DNA of 64,000 nt from Escherichia phage IrisVonRoten. The notes under the pieces are model-generated. The model saw only the letters and a program-made list of their open reading frames with translations, was not told where the DNA came from and did no database searches. How positions within the stretch are numbered: position 1 is the first letter of the stretch; each line of letters opens with the position of its first letter. This document shows, piece by piece, positions 1 through 9,678 of this stretch. Position numbers and translations under genes: made by a program. Location: the sequence record MZ501075; one strand, given 5' to 3'.

Positions 1-689
1 TGCTTTGAGGAAAATCTTTTAGCAAAAAGATAATCTTCTGCTTTAACTTCTCGCCAATTGCCTGTGGCTAAATCGCGATGAAATCCTGCATGACCTTGTA
101 GGATTGAAAACACAACAATACTCCTGTGTTGGAAATGAAATAAGTTTTCTTTAGGACTATTCAGAAAGAATAGAACAACTGTTACTGTCAATTTCTCAAC
201 AAATTAATTGCAAATACTGAAGTGGGGTGGCAACTTCCACTTTCACGCTGCGCTGCTGCCTCATTATATCGCACAAATCCTTGAGGATGGCCGCTAAGCC
301 AGATTTGCTCACCTAATGCTTCATATACTAGCTCATACTAGATGCAATATAACTTACAGAATCACGTCTCGGTAGTTTTTCACTCCTCCCATCTCACTTC
401 ACAACCACCTCATACTAGGTTGCTTCGAGGCCTTACCAGGGTTCCTATGGGACGCAGATCGCTAAGTATTCTATTAACTATTTGTTTAAAAACTAACACG
501 TAACAGTTAAAACAACCCTTAATGGGGCAGCCTAACTGTTCCGTATCGCGGATTGTAAACAAGAAAAATTAGTAAAACCAATTTTTACTAATGTCTCTCA
601 ATTCAATATAAATATTATATCAAGATTTTGAGTATCATGCAAGTAAAATTTTCCGGATGGTGCTATCAGTGTCTTTGAGTACAGAGAAA

Positions 690-715
690 ACCGAGCCAAA
701 ATGACTCGGTTATAC
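690..715 (-). terminator. Rho-independent terminator (minus strand) ending the minus-strand operon
   Basis: Hairpin aaccgagccaaaatgactcggtt; on minus strand followed by TTTTCTCT. Confidence 0.5.
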
Positions 716-718
716 GGA

Positions 719-913
719 TTAATCATAAAAAAGACCACGAATAGTATTAGCAAATTTAAGTATAATAGCGCGGTTTGAGCTACTTAACTTTTTAATATCG
801 AAAGTGGGATCAGTCAAATATCTCGCCATAAATTTTACTTGTTTAGCGGAAAGTTGACCCTTATTCCACTTTTTAATTTTACCATAACATACCCAATATT
901 CTTTATTCATCAT
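719..913 (-). CDS. hypothetical protein (64 aa)
   Basis: ORF track; start overlaps stop of upstream gene (operon-like packing). Confidence 0.35.
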   Translation of the reverse strand: MMNKEYWVCYGKIKKWNKGQLSAKQVKFMARYLTDPTFDIKKLSSSNRAIILKFANTIRGLFYD

Positions 914-1295
914 TTAGTCCCGGAACATAGATTCCAACACGATTTAATTGTTCTTTAGCTTCTTTGAGAATACCTGGAGTGTACTCCCAAATATCATCTT
1001 CCACCTGTAAAAGATGGGGCGAACAACCGTCACCAGGCACACGACATATGGCCAAACCACGTGGATGGAACAAAGAGAAATTTAGTGCAACAATTAAACC
1101 CATAGCAGACAATTCATTCCAATCCAATTCCCATTCCCTAGCGTAGCCTGATAGGAAAACACCAACACAGGGATCATCTATTTGCTGCTCTGGAAAAGTG
1201 AAGGAGGCTTGTCTTACCCCCAACCAACGTTGTAGCAGCTTCTCCGCACGCTTCACCAAACTAGGATCAATCTGACGCCAATATACTTGTTTCAT
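903..1295 (-). CDS. hypothetical protein, paralog of 1304..1732
   Basis: ORF track; shared motifs with neighbour (MGL[IV]xALN, W-Y-PG, C-terminal PGL). Confidence 0.5.
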   Translation of the reverse strand: MKQVYWRQIDPSLVKRAEKLLQRWLGVRQASFTFPEQQIDDPCVGVFLSGYAREWELDWNELSAMGLIVALNFSLFHPRGLAICRVPGDGCSPHLLQVEDDIWEYTPGILKEAKEQLNRVGIYVPGLNDE

Positions 1296-1303
1296 TGTGC
1301 CCC

Positions 1304-1732
1304 TTAGGCAGTTAAACCCGGAATTTGATAACCAAAACGACGAAGTTTTTGGATACCATCATTTACTTCTTCCGGTGAGTAAGACCAACCGTAATGTTCA
1401 TTAATTTGAAAGCCTGGAGATTCACTGGTTTTATAATTAACAACAATACGGTGTTTATTGGGCATAAATAGCTTATAGTTTAATGCAAAAACCAAGCCCA
1501 TTTCATCTAACTCTTTCCAGCCGACAATCTCTTCAAGACCATCCTCTACCTGCACAATTAAACCAATACAGGGAGCTTCTTCAATCTCACCTTTAAAAGC
1601 AAAGGAGATTTCATTATTCTCACACCATATTTTCAGAGCATTAATAGCCTCATTGTACAGGTTGTCTGGAAGAGTACGCCAAAAATTAACCAATATTGGG
1701 TTAGCTTCTTTAGAGAATACATTATTGAACAT
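1304..1732 (-). CDS. hypothetical protein, paralog of 903..1295
   Basis: ORF track; tandem paralog pair. Confidence 0.5.
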   Translation of the reverse strand: MFNNVFSKEANPILVNFWRTLPDNLYNEAINALKIWCENNEISFAFKGEIEEAPCIGLIVQVEDGLEEIVGWKELDEMGLVFALNYKLFMPNKHRIVVNYKTSESPGFQINEHYGWSYSPEEVNDGIQKLRRFGYQIPGLTA

Positions 1733-1734
1733 AT

Positions 1735-2241
1735 TTACACCTTAAATTGTTGTAGGGCTTTACACATTTCAAGATCTGGACTAAATTCTAACATATAGCT
1801 AACAGCTTTTAAATCTTGAAGATTTATTCCAGTTCTACCGTTGACTATAACCGTTGGATACTGGTACATCATAGCACCAGCGTCATCCAGCACACACCAA
1901 TGTTTGAGCTTATGCTTTTCAACAAAGCGAAGAACAGAATTACCCCTAGATAGCCCACCACCAGTAAAATCCGTTGTACCAAGAAAACGATCGATAAGAT
2001 CTAATCCGGTCATAATCTGAACGTTCTCCATCTCATTCCTAACAGAGAACCATGAAGATACCCCAACAATCATTATTGGAGAAGGACTAATAAAGTCCTG
2101 AAAAGCCTTGAGAAGCGGTTTAAAAACCCAGTCACTTCCAAAGAAAATCTTTTCATCATCAGGTGCATGGTGATGGGAGATGCTCGAGTTGAGCACCCCA
2201 TCAATATCTAGAAAAATAATTGGAGTATTACTTATTTCCAT
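1735..2241 (-). CDS. HAD-superfamily phosphatase-like protein
   Basis: N-terminal IFLDIDGVLN (DxDG motif) and later VLDD; manual motif reading only. Confidence 0.45.
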   Translation of the reverse strand: MEISNTPIIFLDIDGVLNSSISHHHAPDDEKIFFGSDWVFKPLLKAFQDFISPSPIMIVGVSSWFSVRNEMENVQIMTGLDLIDRFLGTTDFTGGGLSRGNSVLRFVEKHKLKHWCVLDDAGAMMYQYPTVIVNGRTGINLQDLKAVSYMLEFSPDLEMCKALQQFKV

Positions 2242-2410
2242 TTTTGTTCCTTTCTAAGAACGTATCATACTCAACTGTATCAACATATATGACACCATAG
2301 TCATCGGATTTATAGTCCATTTCCCATAGCTCACATCGATAGCACCAACTACCATCCGCCCATACAAATATATCATCGGGATGTGTATATACAGATTTAA
2401 CTATGGACAT
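2228..2410 (-). CDS. hypothetical protein (60 aa)
   Basis: ORF track; overlaps neighbours by few codons. Confidence 0.3.
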   Translation of the reverse strand: MSIVKSVYTHPDDIFVWADGSWCYRCELWEMDYKSDDYGVIYVDTVEYDTFLERNKNGNK

Positions 2411-3225
2411 ATCTGTTTCCCCGGCATATAAGGTCTACCCTCTAGATGAGCTTCCACACGAGCAATAAAACCAGGGTCACTGAAAGCATCTACCGCACCT
2501 TTACTCCAGTAAGGAATACCACGATCTTCCAGTTGGTACATATCACTACGAGTCATACCTTGATAGCCTGGTTCCGCCGCTAAGGCACTATCGTAGTAGT
2601 TAACTACCATAAGTTTCGCAGCAGTCCGATTAAGAACAGGGAATAATTCCCAGTAGAAGTTAATTACTTGGTTAGAGCAACCAACCACCACAATCATATC
2701 TTGACTGGTAATACCATCAAAAACATTGTACATCTCAGCGTATGCTGGAGCACACTCCCCAAAGAAGATTACATTAGGTTTAACCCATTTATAATCATCA
2801 GGGTCAATAGAGCTATACCCAACATCAATAACTCGTTTATTACTACTATTGTAGCTATCAGCTACAACAACCTCTTTTAAATACCCGTGAATGTGCAGAA
2901 TGTCACTATGTGGAACGCCAGCACGCTCAATAAGGTCATCAACGTTGGTAGTTAAGTTTACTACTTGACCCGGATATTTCTTATACCATTCACCAATACG
3001 CAGGTGTGCAAGATTGGGCTCAACAGTTTCTAACTCTTCACGACGTTTGTTGTAAAACATGTGGGTTTTATGATAAAAGTTACCACGAAAGGCATGAATA
3101 TTACATACCTCTTCTAAGTCATAATCATCCCACAATGCTTTACCACTAGCAGTATCAGTACGAAAAGCTCGTACACCACTTTCAACACTCAAACCCGCAC
3201 CGCTAATAATAATTAATCTACGCAC
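2401..3225 (-). CDS. Sir2-like (sirtuin family) NAD-dependent protein
   Basis: ISGAGLSVESGVRAFR...LW, NVDDLIERAG and HIHG motifs typical of SIR2 family. Confidence 0.7.
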   Translation of the reverse strand: MRRLIIISGAGLSVESGVRAFRTDTASGKALWDDYDLEEVCNIHAFRGNFYHKTHMFYNKRREELETVEPNLAHLRIGEWYKKYPGQVVNLTTNVDDLIERAGVPHSDILHIHGYLKEVVVADSYNSSNKRVIDVGYSSIDPDDYKWVKPNVIFFGECAPAYAEMYNVFDGITSQDMIVVVGCSNQVINFYWELFPVLNRTAAKLMVVNYYDSALAAEPGYQGMTRSDMYQLEDRGIPYWSKGAVDAFSDPGFIARVEAHLEGRPYMPGKQICP

Positions 3226-3419
3226 TATACGATTCCTTGCTTAAATCCTTCGATAATATTTCGGAGTAAAATTGCTTCCTCCGGGCGTACCTTTTCTTGT
3301 TTAATAAGCATATCCAATCTAGCAATACAAGTAGCTACACCAGCATTATAACCAAAGTTCCACTGCTCAATAAGCATGTTTTCTGGATTACTTTTTAGAT
3401 TCTGATTCAAGAAGTCCAT
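3225..3419 (-). CDS. hypothetical protein (64 aa)
   Basis: ORF track. Confidence 0.3.
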   Translation of the reverse strand: MDFLNQNLKSNPENMLIEQWNFGYNAGVATCIARLDMLIKQEKVRPEEAILLRNIIEGFKQGIV

Positions 3420-3591
3420 AAAGTTTCTCCTCTAGTTCCATAACACGATTTTCATAAGAAGCACGCAACTTTTCAATTGCCAGTGCACGCACTGTAACCT
3501 CATTAGAATTAATAGCTAGTTGGGCCAGATCTTCTGTTTCCATACGTCCGTTGTAAATTAAGCGATATTTAAGATGTTTTACGTTTTTCAT
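3388..3591 (-). CDS. hypothetical protein (67 aa)
   Basis: ORF track. Confidence 0.3.
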   Translation of the reverse strand: MKNVKHLKYRLIYNGRMETEDLAQLAINSNEVTVRALAIEKLRASYENRVMELEEKLYGLLESESKK

Positions 3592-3899
3592 TCTTGTTCC
3601 TCAAACATTTCAATTTCTGCATTAGCAATAGAAAGGGCGGGCTCAGATAAGCACAATCACGCCCTAAGATCAATCTTCTCTTCGTCCATCCAAGTATTTA
3701 CTAAACATAATTTAGTTATACCCTCACGGAGAATGGAACCATATGCCCCAGAATCCATAATAAAATAGATACGTTCTTTATCTACCTTGTGAACTCTCAT
3801 ATCTTTCTCCTCTCAAATTTATAAATCTATTATATATAAATTTTTGGCTGAAAGCAAATAAAATAAAAGCCAGGTCGACTAGCAACCCGGCTGATTAGC

Positions 3900-5774
3900 T
3901 TATTTAGCTCGAATATCCTGATGTTTCACCCTGCCCATAACCTCGTGCTGTTTGCCGGGGTTAAATGGACGAGCACCTGGATTTCCAAGATACCCACAAA
4001 CTCGACGAGTTACTTCAAGAGTTTCGGGGTCATGATTACCACAGATAGGGCACTTAAACCCATCTTCGGATGCTACTGTTTCACCTAAGAATCCACATTT
4101 ACCGCAAGAATCCACTGGAGTATTAATACCGAAGTAATGAACTTTACTAGCAGCATAATTAATAACCCATTCCAGTGCATCTGGGAATCGTTTCATATCT
4201 GGTAGTTCTACATAGGAAATACACCCACCAGAAGCAATAGGAGTAAAGTTAGATTCATAATCAAATTTCACGTTAGGAGCAACTTTACGTTCCACATCAA
4301 GGTGGTGAGAGTTGGTGTAGTATCCTTTGGACAGAATATCTTCATGCTCCGGGAAATATTCACGGTCTAGACGACAAAAGCGATCACATAGGGACTCTGA
4401 TGGTGTAGCATACAGGCTATAACCTAACTTAGTCTCTTCCTTCTTCTGATCGACCCTATCCCGCATGTACTGCAATACACGCTGAACAAACTTGATGCAG
4501 GTCTCAGACATTGTATCTACATCTTTGCCAAACATGAACTGTAGCATTTCATGGCAACCAATATACCCCAGAGATACAGAAGCACGGTTATAGAAATGAT
4601 CGAATACATATTCATCCGGCCCTAAGCGTAGTCCAAAGGCTCCTGACATATAGAGGATGGGTGCGGCTTTAGCTTGAATGTACTTTAAGCGATCAACTCT
4701 CCACTCCAATGCTTTTAACGCTGTATCCACACGTAGCTCGAGCAAATCAAAGAATAGATCAATATTCCCTTCAGCTTCGATAGCAATTCTAGGCAGGTTT
4801 ACAGAAACAACACCTAAGTTATTACGACCTGCAGTTTCACCATCTTCTGTAGCAGCCAGGAATGAACGGCAGCCCATAGAAACTTTATAGTCACCAGTAA
4901 CTTCCACAACCTTATCGTAGCTGATATAGTCGGGATACATACGTTCAGCAGTACATTTCATAGCTAACTTCTTGACGTCATAATTAACATCTCCTGGCTT
5001 CATATTTACGCCATCACGCAGAACAAACACCAGTTTCGGGAAGATAGCTGTACGTTTATTGATACCTAAACCATCCATGCGTACTTTCAGTATTGCTTTC
5101 TGTACTAGACGTGCTTCCCAAGAAGTTCCTAGACCAAAACCAAAGGTAATAAATGGACTCTGACCATTAGAGTTGAACATGGTATTGATTTCATATTCTA
5201 AACCCTGACAAGCGTCATAGACTTCTTTTTCAGTCATCTCCGTAGCCATTACGGATGCTTTGGCTTCATCCTTAGTCCAACGTTTTGCAAACGCATGATT
5301 TTTGTCATAGGATTTACGAACATAAGGGGCTAATACTTCATCAAGGCGATCTACAGAAGTACCACCATACTGATGGGAGCTAACCTGAGTGATAATCTGA
5401 GCAGTAATAGCCGCCGCAGTAGTGATAGAGTTTGGAGTGCTAATTTCAGCATTACCAACCTTCATACCATTCTTCAACATATCTTCCAAAGCTACCAGAC
5501 AACAGTTAGTCATACCTAATGCAGCATAATCAGCATCATGGAAATGAATATCTCCAATCATATGAGCATTTCGAATCTGAATTGGCATTTCTTCTAGAAT
5601 CAGATATTTACTTAACTCCCCTGCAAGCATATCCCTTTGTGTAGGGAAACGCTCAGAGGGTTTATTCGCATTATTAAAGAGAAGCTCTTCATCAGCAGAA
5701 CCCTCAATAATTTCTTTGCAGTTTCTAATCAAGGACTGCATTTCCTTGTATTTTAGTTCATCATTGCGATTCAT
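3900..5774 (-). CDS. nrdD: anaerobic ribonucleoside-triphosphate reductase (class III RNR)
   Basis: 624 aa; C-terminal Cys cluster CGKCGF...CPICG and glycyl-radical motif RRVCGYLG. Confidence 0.9.
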   Translation of the reverse strand: MNRNDELKYKEMQSLIRNCKEIIEGSADEELLFNNANKPSERFPTQRDMLAGELSKYLILEEMPIQIRNAHMIGDIHFHDADYAALGMTNCCLVALEDMLKNGMKVGNAEISTPNSITTAAAITAQIITQVSSHQYGGTSVDRLDEVLAPYVRKSYDKNHAFAKRWTKDEAKASVMATEMTEKEVYDACQGLEYEINTMFNSNGQSPFITFGFGLGTSWEARLVQKAILKVRMDGLGINKRTAIFPKLVFVLRDGVNMKPGDVNYDVKKLAMKCTAERMYPDYISYDKVVEVTGDYKVSMGCRSFLAATEDGETAGRNNLGVVSVNLPRIAIEAEGNIDLFFDLLELRVDTALKALEWRVDRLKYIQAKAAPILYMSGAFGLRLGPDEYVFDHFYNRASVSLGYIGCHEMLQFMFGKDVDTMSETCIKFVQRVLQYMRDRVDQKKEETKLGYSLYATPSESLCDRFCRLDREYFPEHEDILSKGYYTNSHHLDVERKVAPNVKFDYESNFTPIASGGCISYVELPDMKRFPDALEWVINYAASKVHYFGINTPVDSCGKCGFLGETVASEDGFKCPICGNHDPETLEVTRRVCGYLGNPGARPFNPGKQHEVMGRVKHQDIRAK

Positions 5775-5803
5775 TATACTCTCCTTCTCTAACTAAGACT
5801 ACT

Positions 5804-5832
5804 ATTATAGCTTATTCAAGGGCAAATGTCAA
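5804..5832 (-). promoter_or_regulatory. consensus sigma70 promoter for nrdD (TTGACA-17-TATAAT on minus strand)
   Basis: Minus-strand reading ttgacatttgcccttgaataagctataat just upstream of nrdD start. Confidence 0.6.
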
Positions 5833-5901
5833 TATAATTTTTCTCTTAGATATTGTATTTTGATCTGTGCTAAAAGGTTAGCAAATTGTTAAAAAATTTA
5901 T

Positions 5902-5930
5902 TTGCTATTTTGTACTTAAAATAGTATAAT
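5902..5930 (+). promoter_or_regulatory. T5-type early promoter (TTGCTA-17-TATAAT)
   Basis: tttgctattttgtacttaaaatagtataat. Confidence 0.55.
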
Positions 5931-6042
5931 CACGCGCCTATGTACGCGGTATAAAATGATTATCTAATACCATACATTTCCCATTAAAAGCAAGCAAATT
6001 TTTTATTTAAATGCAATATCATAGGCTTATTTAAAATTGTAG

Positions 6043-6071
6043 TTGCTTTTTACTGTATATACTGGTATAAT
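6043..6071 (+). promoter_or_regulatory. T5-type early promoter upstream of phoH-like gene
   Basis: ttgctttttactgtatatactggtataat then ATTTGTAAGTTGATAAAC. Confidence 0.55.
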
Positions 6072-6144
6072 ATATTTGTAAGTTGATAAACAAGATCTTT
6101 TTGTTGATCCTCTGTTAGCGAAGTACACTATAGGAGTGTTATTT

Positions 6145-6897
6145 ATGGGAAAAGCACGTCAAAAAAGAGAGAACCGCAATGGTTCAAGAAAGCGTGGCAA
6201 CAAATATGAGAATAACGTAATTCAGGCTGATTTTTCTAATGATTACGCTAACCCAGTTGCTAAATCCCTAGTAGGTAAAAACCGAGAGCAAAAATCATAT
6301 ATCAATATGATCAAGAACAACACAGTGACTGTGGGTATCGGTGAGCCAGGTACTGGTAAAACCTTTATCCCGTCTGTTCTTGCAGCTCAGGAACTCGTAG
6401 ACATTCACTCAGATATTGAGCAAGTGATCCTCGTACGTCCTAACGAACCTCTAGGTAAGTCTCTTGGTATGCTTCCTGGTGACCTAGCAGAAAAGCTAGA
6501 GCCTTGGTTAGAGCCAATAGCTGATGGTATGAAATGGGCCATCGGTGATCATGCCTATAAGGGATATGTCGAACGTCAGAAAATTAAATTTTTGGCTATA
6601 GAACATGCTCGTGGCAGAACTTTCAACAACTCCTATGTAATTGTCGATGAAGCTCAGAATATTTCCGTTGAGGCAATGGTTTGTCTCCTAACTCGTGTAG
6701 GACAAGACTGCCGTTTAATTATCTGCGGGGATATAGCTCAAAAAGACATTAAAGGTGACTCAGGTCTAGCACTTCTTATGGAAGTTTATGAGAAATATGA
6801 AAATGCTCCATTCTCAATGATCGAATTAATTGATAACGTTCGTTCTGCTGAGTCTAAAGCATTCTACGATATTTTTAAAGACATGGGGAAGGTGTAA
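6145..6897 (+). CDS. phoH: PhoH-like ATPase
   Basis: Walker A GEPGTGKT, Walker B-like VIVDEAQN; start chosen at ATG after RBS taggag. Confidence 0.8.
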   Translation: MGKARQKRENRNGSRKRGNKYENNVIQADFSNDYANPVAKSLVGKNREQKSYINMIKNNTVTVGIGEPGTGKTFIPSVLAAQELVDIHSDIEQVILVRPNEPLGKSLGMLPGDLAEKLEPWLEPIADGMKWAIGDHAYKGYVERQKIKFLAIEHARGRTFNNSYVIVDEAQNISVEAMVCLLTRVGQDCRLIICGDIAQKDIKGDSGLALLMEVYEKYENAPFSMIELIDNVRSAESKAFYDIFKDMGKV

Positions 6898-6898
6898 T

Positions 6899-7096
6899 AT
6901 GGGAGACGTTGTACATCTACACCGAAAAACTAAAATACATCGTACTTCACTGAGTGCTGCTAATATGATTACACGTAAGGAAGGGGAAGAAAGTCCTAAG
7001 ACTACCCTAGCGTGGAAAATTGTAACCTCAAATCCAAATCGGCCCTTCAATTATAATGAACTAAGTACCTCAATAGATATTCTGCTGAGAACTTAA
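6899..7096 (+). CDS. hypothetical protein (65 aa)
   Basis: ATG 1 nt after phoH stop; in ORF track frame 6830..7096. Confidence 0.3.
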   Translation: MGDVVHLHRKTKIHRTSLSAANMITRKEGEESPKTTLAWKIVTSNPNRPFNYNELSTSIDILLRT

Positions 7097-7240
7097 GTGG
7101 CCAAAAACTAGACTGACAACACAGAAGGCCTGGGTATGAAAATACTCGGGCCTTTTCTATCAGAAAATTTTATTTGCCAAATGACTGAGAATAAAGTAGA
7201 ATATTCCTTAAATCCTGATAACTATAAAAAGGAAAACCAA

Positions 7241-9571
7241 ATGAGCCATCGCATTGAAAAAGTAATTAAACGTGACGGTACTGTAGAAGACTTTGCTCCT
7301 GAAAAACTCAATGGTTGGGCAGAGTATGGTTGCAAAACAGTTGATGTAAGTTGGTCAGCCATTACTATGGCTGCTCAAAAAACTCTGCCTAAAGGGGTTG
7401 TAGATTCCGACACTCTGATGGATGCTTTAATTAAGGCTGCTGAAAGTCTTATCAAAGATAATCCAGCATACGACGTGCCAGCAAAGGAATTACGTCTTGC
7501 GCAAATGCGTAAACGCCTTTATGATTCCTTCGAACCACCTTCTCTGCGCTTTTTCCACGATCATATGGTTAGTGTAGGTGCATGGGAAGACATGAGTGCA
7601 TGGATTACCAATGAGCAATTTGAAGCTCTGAATCAGGTTATCGACCATGATCGCGACCGTCTTTTCACTAGCGGAGGATTGAAACAATTCTTTGATAAGT
7701 ATTCTCGTCGTAATATCGCAACTGGCGAAATTTACGAAACCCCGCAATTTGCCTATATGGGTATGGCAATGGCGATGTTATCTCAACCTAATTGGACAAT
7801 TCTAGATGCAATCGACCTCTACAACGCAATGTCGCTACACAAAATCAACGTTCCTACGCCGCCATTGGTTGGCTTGCGCTCTAGTGACCGTGGATTTGCT
7901 AGTTGCTGCCTCGTGGATTCCACTGACACGTTGGATTCAATCGACACAGCCGAGCACATCGTCTTCAAAATGGTCGCAGCCAGAGCGGGAATCGGGTATC
8001 ATCTTGAAAGCCGATCAATTGCTGATCCGGTGCGAAATGGGGCATTCCCGCATTCCGGAAAACTGCCATATTATCGACACATTGACCGATCAGTAAAGGC
8101 TAATACTCAGCAAACTCGTGGCGGTTCTGCTACAGTGTCTTATCCTTACTTTGACCCTGAAATCATTCAGTTGATGCAGGTTAAGCAACAACGTGCTACA
8201 GATGAGAATAAAATCGATAAGATGGATTATTCTCTGAGCTTCAACAATCTTTTGTTAAAACGTTATCTGAAAAATGAAGATATTACGCTAATGTCATACT
8301 TCTATGCTCCAGAAGTTCATGAAGCGTTTTATAGTGATGACGAGGCTAAATTTGAAGAAATCTATGTGGCAGCGGAGAAACGTGTGGCATCTCTTACAAA
8401 GATCGACCACGAAGGAAAAACAGTTCCAGCAGCTCCTAAAGTCTCTGCAAAAGAAATCCTAGATACTTGGCTACGTATCCGAATGGAAACAGGACGTATG
8501 TATGCTCACCACATCGGGGAATCTAATCGTCATGGTAACTTCCTTGATCCGATCCGTATGACAAACCTTTGTGTTGAAATTACTCAGCCTACACGCCCAT
8601 TCCACCACATTACAGAGCTGTATAAAACAAAAGAACAACTTGATCAAATGAAGCCGGAGGATATTGGGGAAGTATCTCTGTGTAACTTAGGTGGTGTTGT
8701 ACTAGGACGCATGGAATCTCTGGCTGAGTGGGAAAAGACTTGCTATATTCTTCTGAAATTCGTTGATACCATCATTGAAATTCAGGACTATCCGTTCCCA
8801 ACTATGGAATATACAGCTAAGAAACGTCGTAACGTTGGTATTGGCCTTATGAACGCAGCAGGTGCAATGGCAGCAGAAGGTCTGGCTTATGAAGGCGTTG
8901 AAGCACGTAACTGGATCCATCGTGAAGCTGAAAAACTGTCCTACTTCCTGCATAAAGCTTCTGTACGTCTGGCTAAAGAACAAGGTGCATGTGAATGGTT
9001 TAATCGTACTAAACCATCTAAAGGAACTCTGGTAATCGATACGTATAAGAAAACTGTTGATGAGCTGGTATCAGTAGGCCTAGAAATGGATTGGGAATCT
9101 CTGCGTGCAGATATTCTGAAATACGGTATGCGTAACTCTGTTCTGACGGCACAGATGCCGGGAGAAAGTTCTTCCGTTCTGTTAGGGGTTACTAACTCTA
9201 TTGAACCACCTCGTAAGATTGTATCTATCAAGGGTAGTGCAGTGAATAAAGTAATTGCAATTGCTCCCGGTGCAACCGATTGGGAAACTTTAATGAGCTA
9301 TAAACTGGCTTATGATGTGGATCGTATTGAATGGATCAAATGGGTAGCAACTATGCAGAAATTCTTCAGCCAGTCTATCAGTACTAATATGTACTACGAC
9401 TACACCAAGTTTGAGAATGAAATCATTCCTGGCCCAGTAGTAGTTCGTGATTTCATGACTGCTGTTAAATATGGTTGGAAGACTTGGTACTACGCAAACT
9501 TCAACACTGCGAATGGTGGAGGAGCGGGTGAAGAAGCAGCGGGTTGTGCTTCTGGTGGTTGCCAGTTGTAA
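7241..9571 (+). CDS. nrdA: ribonucleoside-diphosphate reductase alpha subunit (class I)
   Basis: ATP-cone start MSHRIEKVIKRDG; catalytic motifs NLCxEI and PGESSS; start set at ATG after RBS aaggaaaa. Confidence 0.9.
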   Translation: MSHRIEKVIKRDGTVEDFAPEKLNGWAEYGCKTVDVSWSAITMAAQKTLPKGVVDSDTLMDALIKAAESLIKDNPAYDVPAKELRLAQMRKRLYDSFEPPSLRFFHDHMVSVGAWEDMSAWITNEQFEALNQVIDHDRDRLFTSGGLKQFFDKYSRRNIATGEIYETPQFAYMGMAMAMLSQPNWTILDAIDLYNAMSLHKINVPTPPLVGLRSSDRGFASCCLVDSTDTLDSIDTAEHIVFKMVAARAGIGYHLESRSIADPVRNGAFPHSGKLPYYRHIDRSVKANTQQTRGGSATVSYPYFDPEIIQLMQVKQQRATDENKIDKMDYSLSFNNLLLKRYLKNEDITLMSYFYAPEVHEAFYSDDEAKFEEIYVAAEKRVASLTKIDHEGKTVPAAPKVSAKEILDTWLRIRMETGRMYAHHIGESNRHGNFLDPIRMTNLCVEITQPTRPFHHITELYKTKEQLDQMKPEDIGEVSLCNLGGVVLGRMESLAEWEKTCYILLKFVDTIIEIQDYPFPTMEYTAKKRRNVGIGLMNAAGAMAAEGLAYEGVEARNWIHREAEKLSYFLHKASVRLAKEQGACEWFNRTKPSKGTLVIDTYKKTVDELVSVGLEMDWESLRADILKYGMRNSVLTAQMPGESSSVLLGVTNSIEPPRKIVSIKGSAVNKVIAIAPGATDWETLMSYKLAYDVDRIEWIKWVATMQKFFSQSISTNMYYDYTKFENEIIPGPVVVRDFMTAVKYGWKTWYYANFNTANGGGAGEEAAGCASGGCQL

Positions 9572-9580
9572 TAAAAGACA

Positions 9581-9606
9581 AGGAGATCTTCGGGTCTCCT
9601 TTTTCT
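9581..9606 (+). terminator. Rho-independent terminator after nrdA
   Basis: aggagatcttcgggtctcct followed by TTTTCTTT. Confidence 0.6.
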
Positions 9607-9618
9607 TTGAAATTTTAC

Positions 9619-9647
9619 TTGCTAATCGCTACCTGATTTGCTATAAT
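9619..9647 (+). promoter_or_regulatory. T5-type early promoter upstream of nrdB
   Basis: ttgctaatcgctacctgatttgctataat. Confidence 0.6.
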
Positions 9648-9678
9648 ATTCCTGAAATAGTGAGAAAGAGGAAAATCA

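Noticed and set aside
7136-7240. Upstream extension of nrdA from the first ATG (7136)
   Set aside because: The ATP-cone begins at MSHRIEKV and a good RBS precedes ATG 7241; the extension lacks an RBS and homology-like features.
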